A DNA stretch of 62,937 nucleotides, the filler included, from Cercozoa sp. M6MM (taxonomy: Eukaryota; Protista; Endomyxa: Ascetosporea), in NCBI GenBank assembly GCA_040357565.1. It is 13 parts of 13 records of this genome, joined end to end, with 100 filler letters (N's around TTAATTAATTAA, not from the genome) between each part and the next. Parts side by side here need not be neighbours in the genome. Positions count along the whole stretch, not along the records: positions 24,934 to 29,974 come from JBDODJ010000988.1; positions 30,075 to 33,624 come from JBDODJ010001406.1; positions 33,725 to 39,125 come from JBDODJ010000917.1; positions 39,226 to 40,398 come from JBDODJ010002134.1; 9 more parts are not named here. One strand, 5' to 3'. The first letter of the stretch is position 1, and every line of letters begins with the position of its first letter. A program made the position numbers and the translations under genes. Shown piece after piece: positions 26,895 through 40,498 of this stretch. The notes below the pieces were generated by a model. That model had not been told where the DNA came from. It did no database searches and saw nothing but the letters and a program-made list of their open reading frames with translations.

Positions 26895-28985
26895 ATGGTC
26901 TCAGGTACAAAATCGCTGCGTTCTAGCAGATTCGTGGAGCTATTTCTTGCAAACAACACTTCTTTTTTCGCGCTTCCGCGTCGTTTTCGTTGTTTCGAAT
27001 TGTTCTGGTTGGTTGGCTTCTTAGTGCGAGTGAAGTGGAAGGCGCAAAAGTTCGAGGTGCCGGTTGATTCGGAAGCTGGTACCGATAAAAATAAAGTCGA
27101 GCTTCTGTGGACTGGTGTGAGGTGTATGTGTGCTGGTACATGTTGTCAACAGGCATCGAAGCCTTCAAGCAGTCGCTGAATGCGCTCACGAATGTGCCAG
27201 TGGAAAAGATGAAGATCATGGCACGTGGCCGCAGACTAAAGGACGACGCCAGCGTCGCAGCCCTCAAGGACGTACAAACCCTTGCCTGCCTTACGTGCGA
27301 GCGTATCTGCCGACCAATATGAGCGTGTTCTCTAGGGCCAGCAACTCATGATGATCGGCACGGCCTCTGCGCTTCAGCAGGCGCCGACAGAACCTGTCGT
27401 TTTCCGCGAGGACATGACGGCCGAGCAGCAGGTGCGTCCTTAAGCCTGTGTTAAGTGTACGATTTATGTATGCTTGTGTGCGTGTTTGGACAGTTGGAGG
27501 CGGGTGCAGTGTTGCCGGCAGGTCTGCGCAACCTGGGCAACACGTGCTACCTCAACAGCACGGTGCAGTGCCTGCGCGGTGTTCCAGAACTCAAGGAGGG
27601 TCTCGTGGCGCGTGCCGAATCGTCCCCGAGTACTTCGTGTATAGTTCTGACTTGTTTGGACGTATGGTCTGTCTGCTGTGCAGGTGATCTGGCTGGCACT
27701 CTGGGCAAGACGCTGCACCAGATGGACACGTCTGGCGACGATGTCGTTGTGCCAATCAACCTGGTTTGTATCTGCTTCAATCCATCATGTATATGTACAT
27801 ACCTGTAATATAAATGCGGTGTGCTTGGTTCGTGACAGGTCCAGAAGCTGCAGCAGCACGTGCCTCGCTTTGGCGAGACGCAGCAAGGCGTCCCAATGCA
27901 GCAGGTGCTGCTGCTTCCCTTCCCCTGATTCTCTTCCTTTCCTATTGATGGAGTTGCCTCCCATAGGACGCGGAGGAGTGTTTGACGGAGATGCTACAGC
28001 ATGTGTCGCAAGTCACGCAGCAGCACGGCACCGACCTCGTGCAGAAGGTCTTTGGTGCGTCTGCTTCTTGCCTCCCTTTCTTGGGTAGGCATCCGTGCAC
28101 ACGTGCTCTCAATCTACAGGCGGTCGCATGACGCGCACAACGCGTCCGGCCGACGAGTCGCTCGTTGAGGTCGAGGCGGCTGAGACCACTGAAGTAACCT
28201 ATCTGAGTTCAGTCCCAGTTCCCCATGGAGACACCTATTGTCTGGCATGTGCAGGTGCCTTTCAGCAAGCTGCGCTGTCACATCGATCAATCGGTCAACC
28301 ACCTGTCCACGGGTACCCCTGTCATAGAATACTGATGTGCTGGTCATAGAATACTGACTCAATGGCAGGTCTCAAGATGGCTCTCTCCGACGAAGTCGAG
28401 AAACGCTCTGCTGTCACTGGCAACAACACTGTACTGCACGTGTTTGGAGATTACTTGGAGTGAGATATATTTGGAGCTGACTGGGACTGACTGGCAGGTT
28501 TACCGCCGCGAGTCGCGCATCAGCGCGCTGCCGCAGCACCTGCTGGTGCAGTTCGTGCGCTTCTGCTGGCGCCGCGACATTGGCAAGAAGACCAAGGTGC
28601 TGCGCCGCGTCAAGTTCCCGTCCGTGCTCGATGTGTGCGACCTGTGCGACGAGTCGCTGCAAAGTAAGGTGCGCGCCTACCGTCGTGCCCAGGTATACCA
28701 GTCGGAGCAGCAGCGGTTATAAGCCAACAATGCTCCCTTCCTGTATGGACACAGGCCGAGCTGGAGGATGCCACTCGCGAGGCTGCCCAGGCTATGGCCG
28801 ATGAAGAACACCCGACCAAGGAGTACCCCTTCCTTGTCTATTTAGTGTGTATGCCCTTATTGGAGTGTGTCCAGACAAGCCGAGGCCGCGCTCAAGGCGC
28901 TCGTGGAGTCCGGTAATGCAGAAACCGGCACCTACGAGTTGCATGGTATCTCCCTTCTGTGGCCTACCCCATCTAGTGGCATACT

Positions 28986-29018
<33 letters not shown>

Positions 29019-29272
29019 TGTGTGTGTGAGTGTGTGAGTGTGTGAGTGTGTGTGTTGCAGGCGTGCTGACGCACAAGGGCGAGAGTGCCAACTCGGGCCA
29101 CTACATCGGGTGGTCCAAGTCGTCCACCGGCCAATGGCACAAGTTCGACGATCACAAGGTCACGCCTGTCGACGAGGACGAAATCCACAAGCTCGCCGGC
29201 GGTGGCCAGTGGGATATGGCCTACATGCTCTTCTACAGCAAAGTGCAGCCCTCGGCTGCGCTGGACAAGTGA
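26895..29272 (+). CDS. USP14: Proteasome-associated deubiquitinase USP14/Ubp6 (15 exons)
   Basis: UBL (VRVKWKAQKFE...LTNVPVEKMKIM...LMMIGTA), LPAGLRNLGNTCYLNSTVQCL, QQDAEE, VQFVRFCW, LTHKGESANSGHY and LAGGGQWDMAYMLFY. All 14 introns were spliced in frame. Confidence 0.96.
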
Positions 29273-29540
29273 TCGGATCGCCTAAAACTAAAATAACACC
29301 GCAACCTGGCTACAACTAAAATAACACCGCAAAGGTCAGTTTCGCGCTTGACCGTAACGTAAGCGGTTGGAGGTCGTGCGGTGGTATCCTAGGTTTTTAA
29401 CTAAAAATAGACACGATGTCGGGCCACTATCAGACCGACTGCCTTGGTTCTAGAGCAGTGTCATTCTAGAACACTGCCCACGGCGACACTGGCCAATTGA
29501 GCTAAAGAGGCCGGCAATGAGCACTTGGCACTACAGTAGG

Positions 29541-29607
29541 CGACGGATGGCCGAGCGGTCTAAGGCGCTGGTTTTAGCGGTCCAAGGCGCTGGAGACACC
29601 AGTCTCG

Positions 29608-29609
<2 letters not shown>
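29541..29609 (+). pseudogene. tRNA-Leu-derived fragment (5' half to variable arm) with internal duplication, fused to a microsatellite
   Basis: TGGCCGAGCGGTCTAAGGCGCTGGTTTTAG...ACCAGTCTC resembles the Leu D-arm/A-box and anticodon stem (CTGGT/ACCAG, TAG). An 18-nt duplication (29554-29571, 29576-29593) is present and no T-arm is visible. Confidence 0.7.
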
Positions 29610-29655
<46 letters not shown>

Positions 29656-29665
29656 NNNNNNNNNN

Positions 29666-29717
<52 letters not shown>

Positions 29718-29802
29718 AGACACAGACACAGACACAGACACAGACACAGACACAGACACAGACACAGACACAGACACAGACACAGACACAGACACAGACA
29801 CA
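29609..29802 (+). repeat. Compound (CA)n + (CAGACA)n microsatellite
   Basis: Direct inspection. Confidence 0.95.
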
Positions 29803-30074
29803 GTTTGTTTATTCTTGGACAAGTTTGTTCTTCTCTAGAGCATCTCGAATGATCTAAGGTATCAGTGCTCGGACACTATTACAAGTACTATGCAGATTGC
29901 TCTCAGTGAGTCCGGTTCAGTTGCCACTCGACCTCCAGAATCGAGAAACGTTCACCTGAGTGCCTGTTTTTTTTNNNNNNNNNNNNNNNNNNNNNNNNNN
30001 NNNNNNNNNNNNNNNNNNTTAATTAATTAANNNNNNNNNNNNNNNNNNNNNNNNNNNNNNNNNNNNNNNNNNNN

Positions 30075-30164
<90 letters not shown>

Positions 30165-30179
30165 GTGTGTTGTCGACAG

Positions 30180-31828
<1,649 letters not shown>

Positions 31829-32187
31829 CTGGGCTAACTTAATAAACCGACGGAAACGAAACGAAGTGAAACTGATCGTGAAATGATCGCGGTCAGATGA
31901 GTGTCTCTTGAGAGCGAGTGCCGTGCAAGCGAGTGTTCAACTGCGAGGATAATATAGTCTTGGAACCACTGATTACTGTACCACCCATCCACGTCAATTA
32001 GCGTAGTTAGTTCAGTCCACTAAGAAACCAACTCGGTCAGTTTGGCTATCGACGGGCATGAAACCAACCAGCGTCGTGTACGGTAGTACGCTGCACGGCA
32101 CTAGTACCGCAGATCGACATGCCGACTCAGTCGAGTGGGTGGTGGATCTAGTAGAGTACGGTACGGGCAGGGTACGTGACGGTACAA

Positions 32188-32317
<130 letters not shown>

Positions 32318-32390
32318 GTAACAATCGAATCGAATACGCACAGTCAGGAGCGAGTGAGATTCAGCAAGTTTAAGTTGGCCTGCACAGGAG

Positions 32391-32749
32391 TTACTCAGCG
32401 CAGGCGGCGACGGCAGTCTCGACGTCGGCCAGGAGCTGCGCAGCCTCGGCGCGGTGCATCTGACCAAAGCCGGCGGCCGGCGTGGCCTGTGCACGGGGGT
32501 GAAGGTGGAGGGCGGGGGGGGGGGTAAAGTAAGCTACCAATGCCGGGCGCGACAGCAGGCGCAGTGGCAGCGACGACAGCGCACGCAGACGCGGTTCCGC
32601 AAAGGTCCAGGCACCCTGGTTGGCCGGTTCTTCCTGTGGGAGGGTGATACGTCTACCTCCCGTCTCTAATGACAGGGTCACAGTGTACCTGGACCCACAG
32701 GAGTTCCTGTGCCGACGTGTACTGCGAGAGCACCTTGTCGAGTGCCTCA

Positions 32750-32798
<49 letters not shown>

Positions 32799-32808
32799 NN
32801 NNNNNNNN

Positions 32809-32878
<70 letters not shown>

Positions 32879-33624
32879 CACCATCGATAGGCACTAACCA
32901 GGGGGAGGGGGAGTAAAATACCGCGGCCACGGAGCAATCTCCTCGATACGCACCACAGCAGTCTGTGCAGGGGGCGGGTAGGGGGTAGGGGGTACGAGGG
33001 GGGGGGGGTAAACTACCTCAGTGTCCTTGACTGCGTCCACAAGGTCGTAGTAGAATTTGCCGCTGCAGAGAACGACGCGTTTGGCGTCTTCCTTATTCTC
33101 CTACCAGTCAGATGACAATACGGGGGGGGGGGGTAGGGGTAGGGGGTAAGGTACCAGTGTGACATCATCCAGCACCGACTGGAAGCACGTGCCAGGAGTC
33201 ATCTCGTCCATCGTGCTGTCATGTGAAATTCTCTGTGTATACTCTCCCCCCTGTACCCCCTTAATACCCTACAGTATGCAAGTACCTGATTGCACGCGAG
33301 TCACGCAGCAGCGTCTTGGGACCAACGACACAGCTGTCACAACAACACACACAAGCCACATGTGTCACACATGTGCATCCGCGCGGACAGCAGCAGCTAC
33401 AGTGGACGACGCCACGGACGGTGCATCTGACGTCGCACTGTGGAGGGAGGGGGAATAAAGGTAGAGGTAGGATAGGGTAAAGGAACAAGTGTACGCAGGT
33501 GGAAGTATTGCGCCGGCGTGGTTGGGAAGGCCACACTATACCATAAGGGGTAGGGAGTAGGGGGTAAAGGGGCGGGCGGGAGGGGGGTAAAGCGGGTACG
33601 TCATATTGACGTCGCTGTTGCCGG
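32391..33624 (-). CDS. DHTKD1: 2-oxoadipate/2-oxoglutarate dehydrogenase E1, DHTKD1-like, C-terminal part
   Basis: FPTTPAQYFHL|RRQMHRPWRRPL|VVGPKTLLR, STMDEMTPGTCFQSV, VVLCSGKFYY, VRIEEIAPWP, EEPANQGAWTF and RPAL|ATPAAGFGQMH. The MxPGTxF and PAxG motifs favour DHTKD1 over OGDH. Confidence 0.88.
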
Positions 33625-33724
33625 NNNNNNNNNNNNNNNNNNNNNNNNNNNNNNNNNNNNNNNNNNNNTTAATTAATTAANNNNNNNNNNNNNNNNNNNN
33701 NNNNNNNNNNNNNNNNNNNNNNNN

Positions 33725-34101
33725 TCACCCCCTCCTTACCTTTACATCTTGGGACAAGAGCAGATTATCAAACGCAAGAAGTCACCGCGTTGGAAGGCGA
33801 CGTCGGTGTCGATTCAGAAACTCTGCGGCGGCGACATTCACCGGCCCTTGCTGTTCCGCGTGTGGGACTGGGACCGCGGTACCCTTTAACCCTCTCCCCT
33901 TTAATCACCCCTTTAACCACCTTCCCACTCTGTTTACCCACCAGTTTACCCCCCCGTTAACCCCTTTCCCCCCCCCCCCCCCCCGGTGGTGCAGATGGCC
34001 GACACGACCTGTGCGGCGAGTTCCTGGCGCCGCTGAGCGAACTGATCAACGCGCAGGATGTCGGGTACCTCTGCCGACATGCTTGTTCGTGTGCGAGTAC
34101 C

Positions 34102-34181
<80 letters not shown>

Positions 34182-35473
34182 TTGTGAAGTACCTTCCGCG
34201 ACACGGAGCACTCGCTGATCCGATTCAAAAACAAGGGAACACGCAAGGCGAAAAAGACCTACGGCACCTTTTTCGCGCACGTGCGCATCGAGCGTGTGCA
34301 CGGGTATGTCCGCCTCTTTACCCTGTTACCCCTCTGTTTACCCCCCTGTTTACCCCCCCTGGTGTGACAGCTTTTTGGAGTACCTGCAAGGCGGTCTGAA
34401 TATTGGTCTCTGCGTCGCCGTTGACTGTGCGTTTCTTGTTGCTGTATTTGTTGTGTATTTGTGCACCATGGGAAAATACGAAAAATAGTCACGGCCAGTA
34501 ACGGCGCGCCGAGTGACCCGTCGTCGCTGCACTACTTCTCACCCGACGGTCGCAATCAGTACTCGGACGCGTTGGTGTGTTGTCTTACCCCCCGCCCCCC
34601 CCCGCCCCGTGTTTTAACCCCCTGTTTTCCCCTGTTTTCCCCCTGTTTAACCCCCCCCCCCCGTTTACCCCTGTTAAACTCCCCCGTTTACCTCCATGTG
34701 TTTCCAGATGACGATTGGCAACATTTTGGCGCCGTACGACAGCGACGGCAACATTGCTGCGTGGGTATCTCTTACCCCTTATTTACTACCCCCCGTCTTC
34801 ATACCCCCTTGTTATTCCGTTTTACCCTCCCCCCGTAGGGCTTTGGCGGTCGCCTGACGGCGGGACCGAGGGCCGGCATGGTGTCGCACTGCTTCTCGCT
34901 GACGGGCAACGACGCGCAGCCTGAGGTTCCGGGCGTGCCGGGCCTGCTGGATGTACGCACAGTTTTGTTAAAGGAGGGGTGGGAGGGTACACTTGGACGT
35001 CCACTTGGACGGTACGTGTGTGTACAGGCGTACCGACAAGCCTTCCAGTGGGTGCGACTCTCGGGCCCGACGAACTTTGCGCCGGTGCTGCAGGCGACGT
35101 GCGACATTGCGGCCACGCCGTACACGGCCACGATGCAGCGTAGCCTGCCTTTACCTCCCCCTCCCCTTTAACCCCTTGTATCTACTGTGTGTGCGTGTGT
35201 GTGTGTGTATGTGTTGTGTGGGCAGACTACACGATTCTGCTGATCCTGACGGACGGAATTATTTGCGACATGGAGCAGACCATCCAGCGCATCGTGCGCG
35301 GCAGCAACGTAGTTTGCCTGCAGCGCTGCTTGACCTCCCCCCACCCCCTCCCCCCTGTGCCTACATACAGCTTGCGTGCCCTGCCTTGTGTAGTTGCCGA
35401 TGTCGGTGGTGATTGTTGGTGTCGGCAATGCCGACTTCTCTGGCATGGAGGTAGCTGCCTTTTTCCTGGCCGA

Positions 35474-35532
<59 letters not shown>

Positions 35533-35644
35533 NNNNNNNNNNNNNNNNNNNNNNNNNNNNNNNNNNNNNNNNNNNNNNNNNNNNNNNNNNNNNNNNNNNN
35601 NNNNNNNNNNNNNNNNNNNNNNNNNNNNNNNNGTGTGTGTGTGT

Positions 35645-35725
<81 letters not shown>

Positions 35726-36177
35726 CCCCTCCCTCTCCTTCCCTTAGCGACTGGACGCCGACGATGAGCCTCTCACGGACAATCAGGGCCGTCGTGCCAC
35801 TCGCGACATTGTGCAGTTCGTGCCGTACCGAGAGATGGTAGATTCATCTGCCTGTGTACAATATATATATATATATATATATGTCTATATAATGCATATG
35901 TGTGTGTGTACGCGCGTGTGTGTGTTGTGTGTGCGTGCGTATGACCCGTGTGACCCGTGTTACCACGTTACCACACAAATTGTTTGTGTCAGCGGAACTG
36001 CGACCCGTGGGAGCTCGCGCGTGTCACTCTGCAGGTACCACACACAATCAAGCATTCTTTCGGTGGGGGAGGCAGAGGGGTGTCCACACTGTCATGCTGT
36101 TGGATGGTGCACAGGAGATCCCGCAGCAGCTCGTTGGCTACATGAAGCAGCACAAGATCCTGCCGCGACACGGCTAA
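33725..36177 (+). CDS. Copine (C2B + vWA), 5'-truncated
   Basis: LCGGDIHRPLLFRVWDWD, FLEYLQGG...VAVDFTASNG, YDSDG...GFGG, LSGPTNFAPV, ILLILTDGIICDM, LPMSVVIVGVGNADF, RDIVQFVPY and EIPQQLVGYM. Confidence 0.96.
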
Positions 36178-36745
36178 CGAGCCGTGCGGAAGGAAAATCG
36201 CTCTAGCTCTAATATTTGTTTCCTGAGGATCCGAATGACCACGAAAATTGCGTGTGTCGAGAAAATCCCTCTGGCTTACCCGCAAGTAGCCACTAACGTA
36301 AAAAGATTCGGGTACACGCAAGTAGCCATTTAAAAAATTTAGTTGTTACCCGACCGCAGCCTTTCAGAAATTGAGGCTTCTTCCTTCGACCAGTCTACTT
36401 CCTGTACTTTGCGGACCCTATCTTGGGGTAACTAAACTTACATCTTAACTGACTACGTCTACAGATTCAATTCTTCTTCACATCGATTCCATTTGTTTCT
36501 TTAGTCTTTTTCCTGGCATAGTACTCTTTTGCACTCCTCAGTGGGTAGAATTGAAGCCCATAATTCACTTCGGTTTTTCTGGTCAGTTCTCACTGTCACG
36601 TGCCAGCGTTGTGCCTTCAAAACTCCAAGCGCAAAAAGCTGCCAACAACAGGCATCGGCTGATGGGTGTCAGGCGGATCTTCGCTGTGGTCGCTTAGTCC
36701 ATTGTCTGCTGTTAAACTGACCCGTAACTAGCCGCGAATAGCTAA

Positions 36746-39040
36746 ATGTCGCTCCTTTGGCTTCTCCTCGCCACTCTGGTATTTGAGCCTCTTTATTCGC
36801 CACAAATATGACACCTGCTGTCCCAGACGCTGACGACAACTGCCACAGACCTTCCGCTCCTTCCAGGTCCAGCAGATGACACCGATGCAGTCGTTGCGGC
36901 AGCCCCGGCCGACGTTGGCGCAGAAGCAGATCGACTGCTCGATACCAACGACTTCATTCGTATCAATGCCGTCTAATCCTTTTCAATTGAAGGTGTAGTA
37001 TTAAAGCTGCGCACTTTAGAAAAATGCCAAACCCGACTTGAAAGCGAGCGGCGACCCGAAGCATTCGGTCTCCATCCGATGGCCGTCGCAAAGTTCGGAG
37101 AATTCCTTCTGAACGCGCTCCCCAAAGCGAAAGCGGTTACGATCGCCGTTCTTAGCGGACTGCCCGTCGAGTGCGTGCGCCGGTTTGTCCACAAACCCAC
37201 GCCTGCGTTTGTGTCTCTGGCCGGAAGCAACGCGAGTGCTGCGTACAATGGTGAGGCCACGAAATACAGTTCTACCATTGTTTACCCCAGTCCTTTGGTG
37301 CTTTTGTGTCCCGTGCAAAAGGTTTGGTTGCTGCAGCTTCGTTCGCCTACTGGCTGCGTCGTGTCAACGCTCGCCGCTTTGCAGAGGATCCAGGCAACCC
37401 AATGTGGGACACAAAACCGGCGTCTCCTGAACTTGATGCACGCTTGATGGGTACCCGTCATTTACTGTACATGACGCAACGATGGATGTTTAAGATAATC
37501 TGAGTGTACCGTAGCATACGACGAAGAGGCAAACCGGCTTTTCGCTCAGTTGCTCGCAGGGCTGTATCTAGATGAGGGCTTCTATGTTTCAACGATGCCA
37601 GGGATGACCGCTGCTCCTCTAGAAGGGCCTGCACTGCAGCCTCCGCCTCCGTCGGCTGCGAGCACTGTCGAAAGCGGAGAGCCTGATTCACCGAATGGAT
37701 GGAACGTTTTTGGGGAGCTTGGTGATCTGGTTTCCGTAGCAGTTAACCTATTCGCAAAGTCGCCCGACCAGCCTGCTCAAGAGTTGCCGCCGCTTCGGTG
37801 CACTTTTAGACGCAAGATGGCAGATTACGTCGCGGCGAGATTCGACGACCTCAAGCACCCGGGAGCATCACCTGATCCACAGTAAGGTTGCTATGTCACT
37901 GTAAATCGAATCGACAATGATGTTTCCCTCAATCACTACTCTGTGCTTCCGCGCAGCCACTTGGTCGACAGTCGCACTCGCGTGACATTCCACTTCACGA
38001 GCAGTTTCTACTTCTCGGCCACGTCGATGGCTTTGATATCGGGCATGCTGCCAGTGGAAGCGTTCTCGTTTCAAGGGAGAACAACCACCGATGTGTTGCG
38101 TCGTCTCGAAGCTGCGCCTGCAGGAATCGACATGGGTACACGTGTGCCAGGCTGCGGTGATCAGTTGCAACCTGGAGAAGGTACCTTCCTTGCCTGCCGT
38201 GATCTGTGTGATAGTTCAACTGTGCTGGCGGATAGGCTGGACTGTGCGCAACCACCCGTTTAGACACGGACTTGTCAACAGCTTGACAGAGCTCGGGCTC
38301 AACATTCGAGAAAAATGCGCTCTGTACGGCGGAATACTCGTGGTACTGTCAGTGCCAGTTTAGTTACTCCAGCCCAACGACAGAGTTGTTGTTCTTCCTC
38401 TTTGAGCAGCACCGGTTGGTTGCGACTGTAGCGCGCTGGGTCGCGCTGGCGGACCGAGAGTGTCGTGAAGCTCGCAAGTCAGCCAATGAAAGTCTGTGGC
38501 TTGTCTCTTTGCAGGATGCGTTGAACACACAGGTGCCGAATCTCGCGCGCCGATTACCCGTTGTCGCAGCTGAGCCTCAGAATGAGACGGAAGAGACAAA
38601 GCTGAACCTCGTTGATTCGGTGGAAAACGTGCTACGCGTGGTTGGCAGTTCGACCTCGTTTAAACACGTTCTTGGACTGACTCGTGGCATCCCGAAGGGT
38701 AAATTTATTTACAGTACTTGCCACAACGTAAAGGGAGTGTATGTCATTTTTTGGTTTCGTGCACATAGGTGCCGAACTGTTGTCTTCCGTGGCCGATCAC
38801 GTTTCGATCGTGGACACTTGTCTCATTGCGGACCTTGGCGGCCTGCCTACGGCCGGCGCCCGCCCAGAATTGCGGGCTACTCCTCTGTTCGAGGTCGCAC
38901 TGAAAGCATTGGTCAAACGGTACAGTATAATCCAGCTGCTTGCCAGTAAACAGTCCATATCGGTGAGCATCCTTTCTCGCTTGCATCGAGCCCTGTTGGC
39001 GGTAGGCGTGGAGCGTATGGCCTGTCCCTTGCCGCTCTGA
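36746..39040 (+). CDS. Orphan protein with predicted signal peptide
   Basis: Spliced start MSLLWLLLATL|TLTTTATDLPLLPG..., which splices in frame into ORF 37079. Later exons match ORFs 37550, 37943, 38386 and 38741. No known domain recognised. Confidence 0.6.
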
Positions 39041-39225
39041 AAAGTGAAGCGATTGACGCTGCCTCGAGAGAACTCGCGCAAACCACAATGGAAGGAGGCC
39101 TCGCACTTTTACGCCCGCGAAACCANNNNNNNNNNNNNNNNNNNNNNNNNNNNNNNNNNNNNNNNNNNNTTAATTAATTAANNNNNNNNNNNNNNNNNNN
39201 NNNNNNNNNNNNNNNNNNNNNNNNN

Positions 39226-39273
<48 letters not shown>

Positions 39274-39283
39274 NNNNNNNNNN

Positions 39284-39335
<52 letters not shown>

Positions 39336-39339
39336 GTGT

Positions 39340-40350
39340 GTGTGTAGCAGATGGCCAAAGTGCAGTGTACAGGTGCACGCGCAGGGTATCCATGCAGCGC
39401 GTGTCGTCGGTCCAGTTGCGATTCGACATCGTCAGCCTCGTTGAGCTCACTGCGCGGACTGTATGGTAGCTCGATCTGCGCCTGTCTGTTTCTCTCACTG
39501 GTCACGTCCGCACTGTCGTCATCGTCATCATCTTGGTCAGCGTCACCGTCGTCATCCTGGTCACCGTCACCGTCACCGTAGGTGGCAGTGTCGTGGTCGT
39601 TGCGATGCACATTCGGTGAGACGCGGTCCAGATCAACGTCTAACCTCCCAGACAAAACATATCCCAGACAAACACATGTTTGCAGAGCAAGCGAAGTACG
39701 GTGGTCATGTGCAAAGTCGGACAGCCGCGTCTGCGCCGGGAAGATGCGCCACAGCAGCAACAGCACTGCTAGTGTCATCACGCACATACACATAAAAATC
39801 AAGGCGGCGGTCTTGTTCTTGTATCTGAGTGCACAGGGGCAAAGTCATTAAACAACATCTTGGGAAGGTGGTATAAAACAGCTTAAACTTACGTGAGCCA
39901 GAAACGACTGGCGGCCAGGATAGCAGCAGCTGCCACGAGTGCAATCACACCTACCGAAAGAGGGCGTGTAAGTACATACACATATACATTGATACGTAGG
40001 TGTGTACCCAGGTAGAAGCAAAAGAAGGAGATAGCCGAAACCTGACGACAGTGACACTGATAGTACCGGTAGAACGAGACATGCGGTCGACCGCAGGTGT
40101 ACACGGTGCGCGGGTTGGAAATGACGTACTTGGACATGCGCTGCTGCAGGTTGAAAGCGAACCAGATCGATAGGAAGAGGGCGCAGAAGGCAAGTGCTAG
40201 CGATGCACTGGTAGTTGCACATTGTCAGTAGGCAGTCGAGCACACAAATAGGACAGGTGGGTAACAAGGGTATACCTGTAGGCAAGGACAACTTCGGATC
40301 TTGTGTTTGTGGGAAGTGTGCCCTGTTCACATGTATGCCCCACTGACGAT
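39340..40350 (-). CDS. Multi-pass membrane protein fragment with acidic C-terminal tail
   Basis: Hydrophobic exons SLALAFCALFLSIWFAF, SAISFFCFYL|GVIALVAAAAILAA and ALIFMCMCVMTLAVLLLLW, then a D-rich stretch. Confidence 0.55.
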
Positions 40351-40398
<48 letters not shown>

Positions 40399-40498
40399 NN
40401 NNNNNNNNNNNNNNNNNNNNNNNNNNNNNNNNNNNNNNNNNNTTAATTAATTAANNNNNNNNNNNNNNNNNNNNNNNNNNNNNNNNNNNNNNNNNNNN

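Noticed and set aside
2787-29272. Ubiquitin-system gene cluster (two USPs, BTB)
   Set aside because: The genes lie on different scaffolds joined artificially.
29541-29609. Functional intron-containing tRNA-Leu(TAG)
   Set aside because: No T-arm or 3' acceptor strand is visible, and the insert is a self-duplication; kept only as a tRNA-derived fragment.
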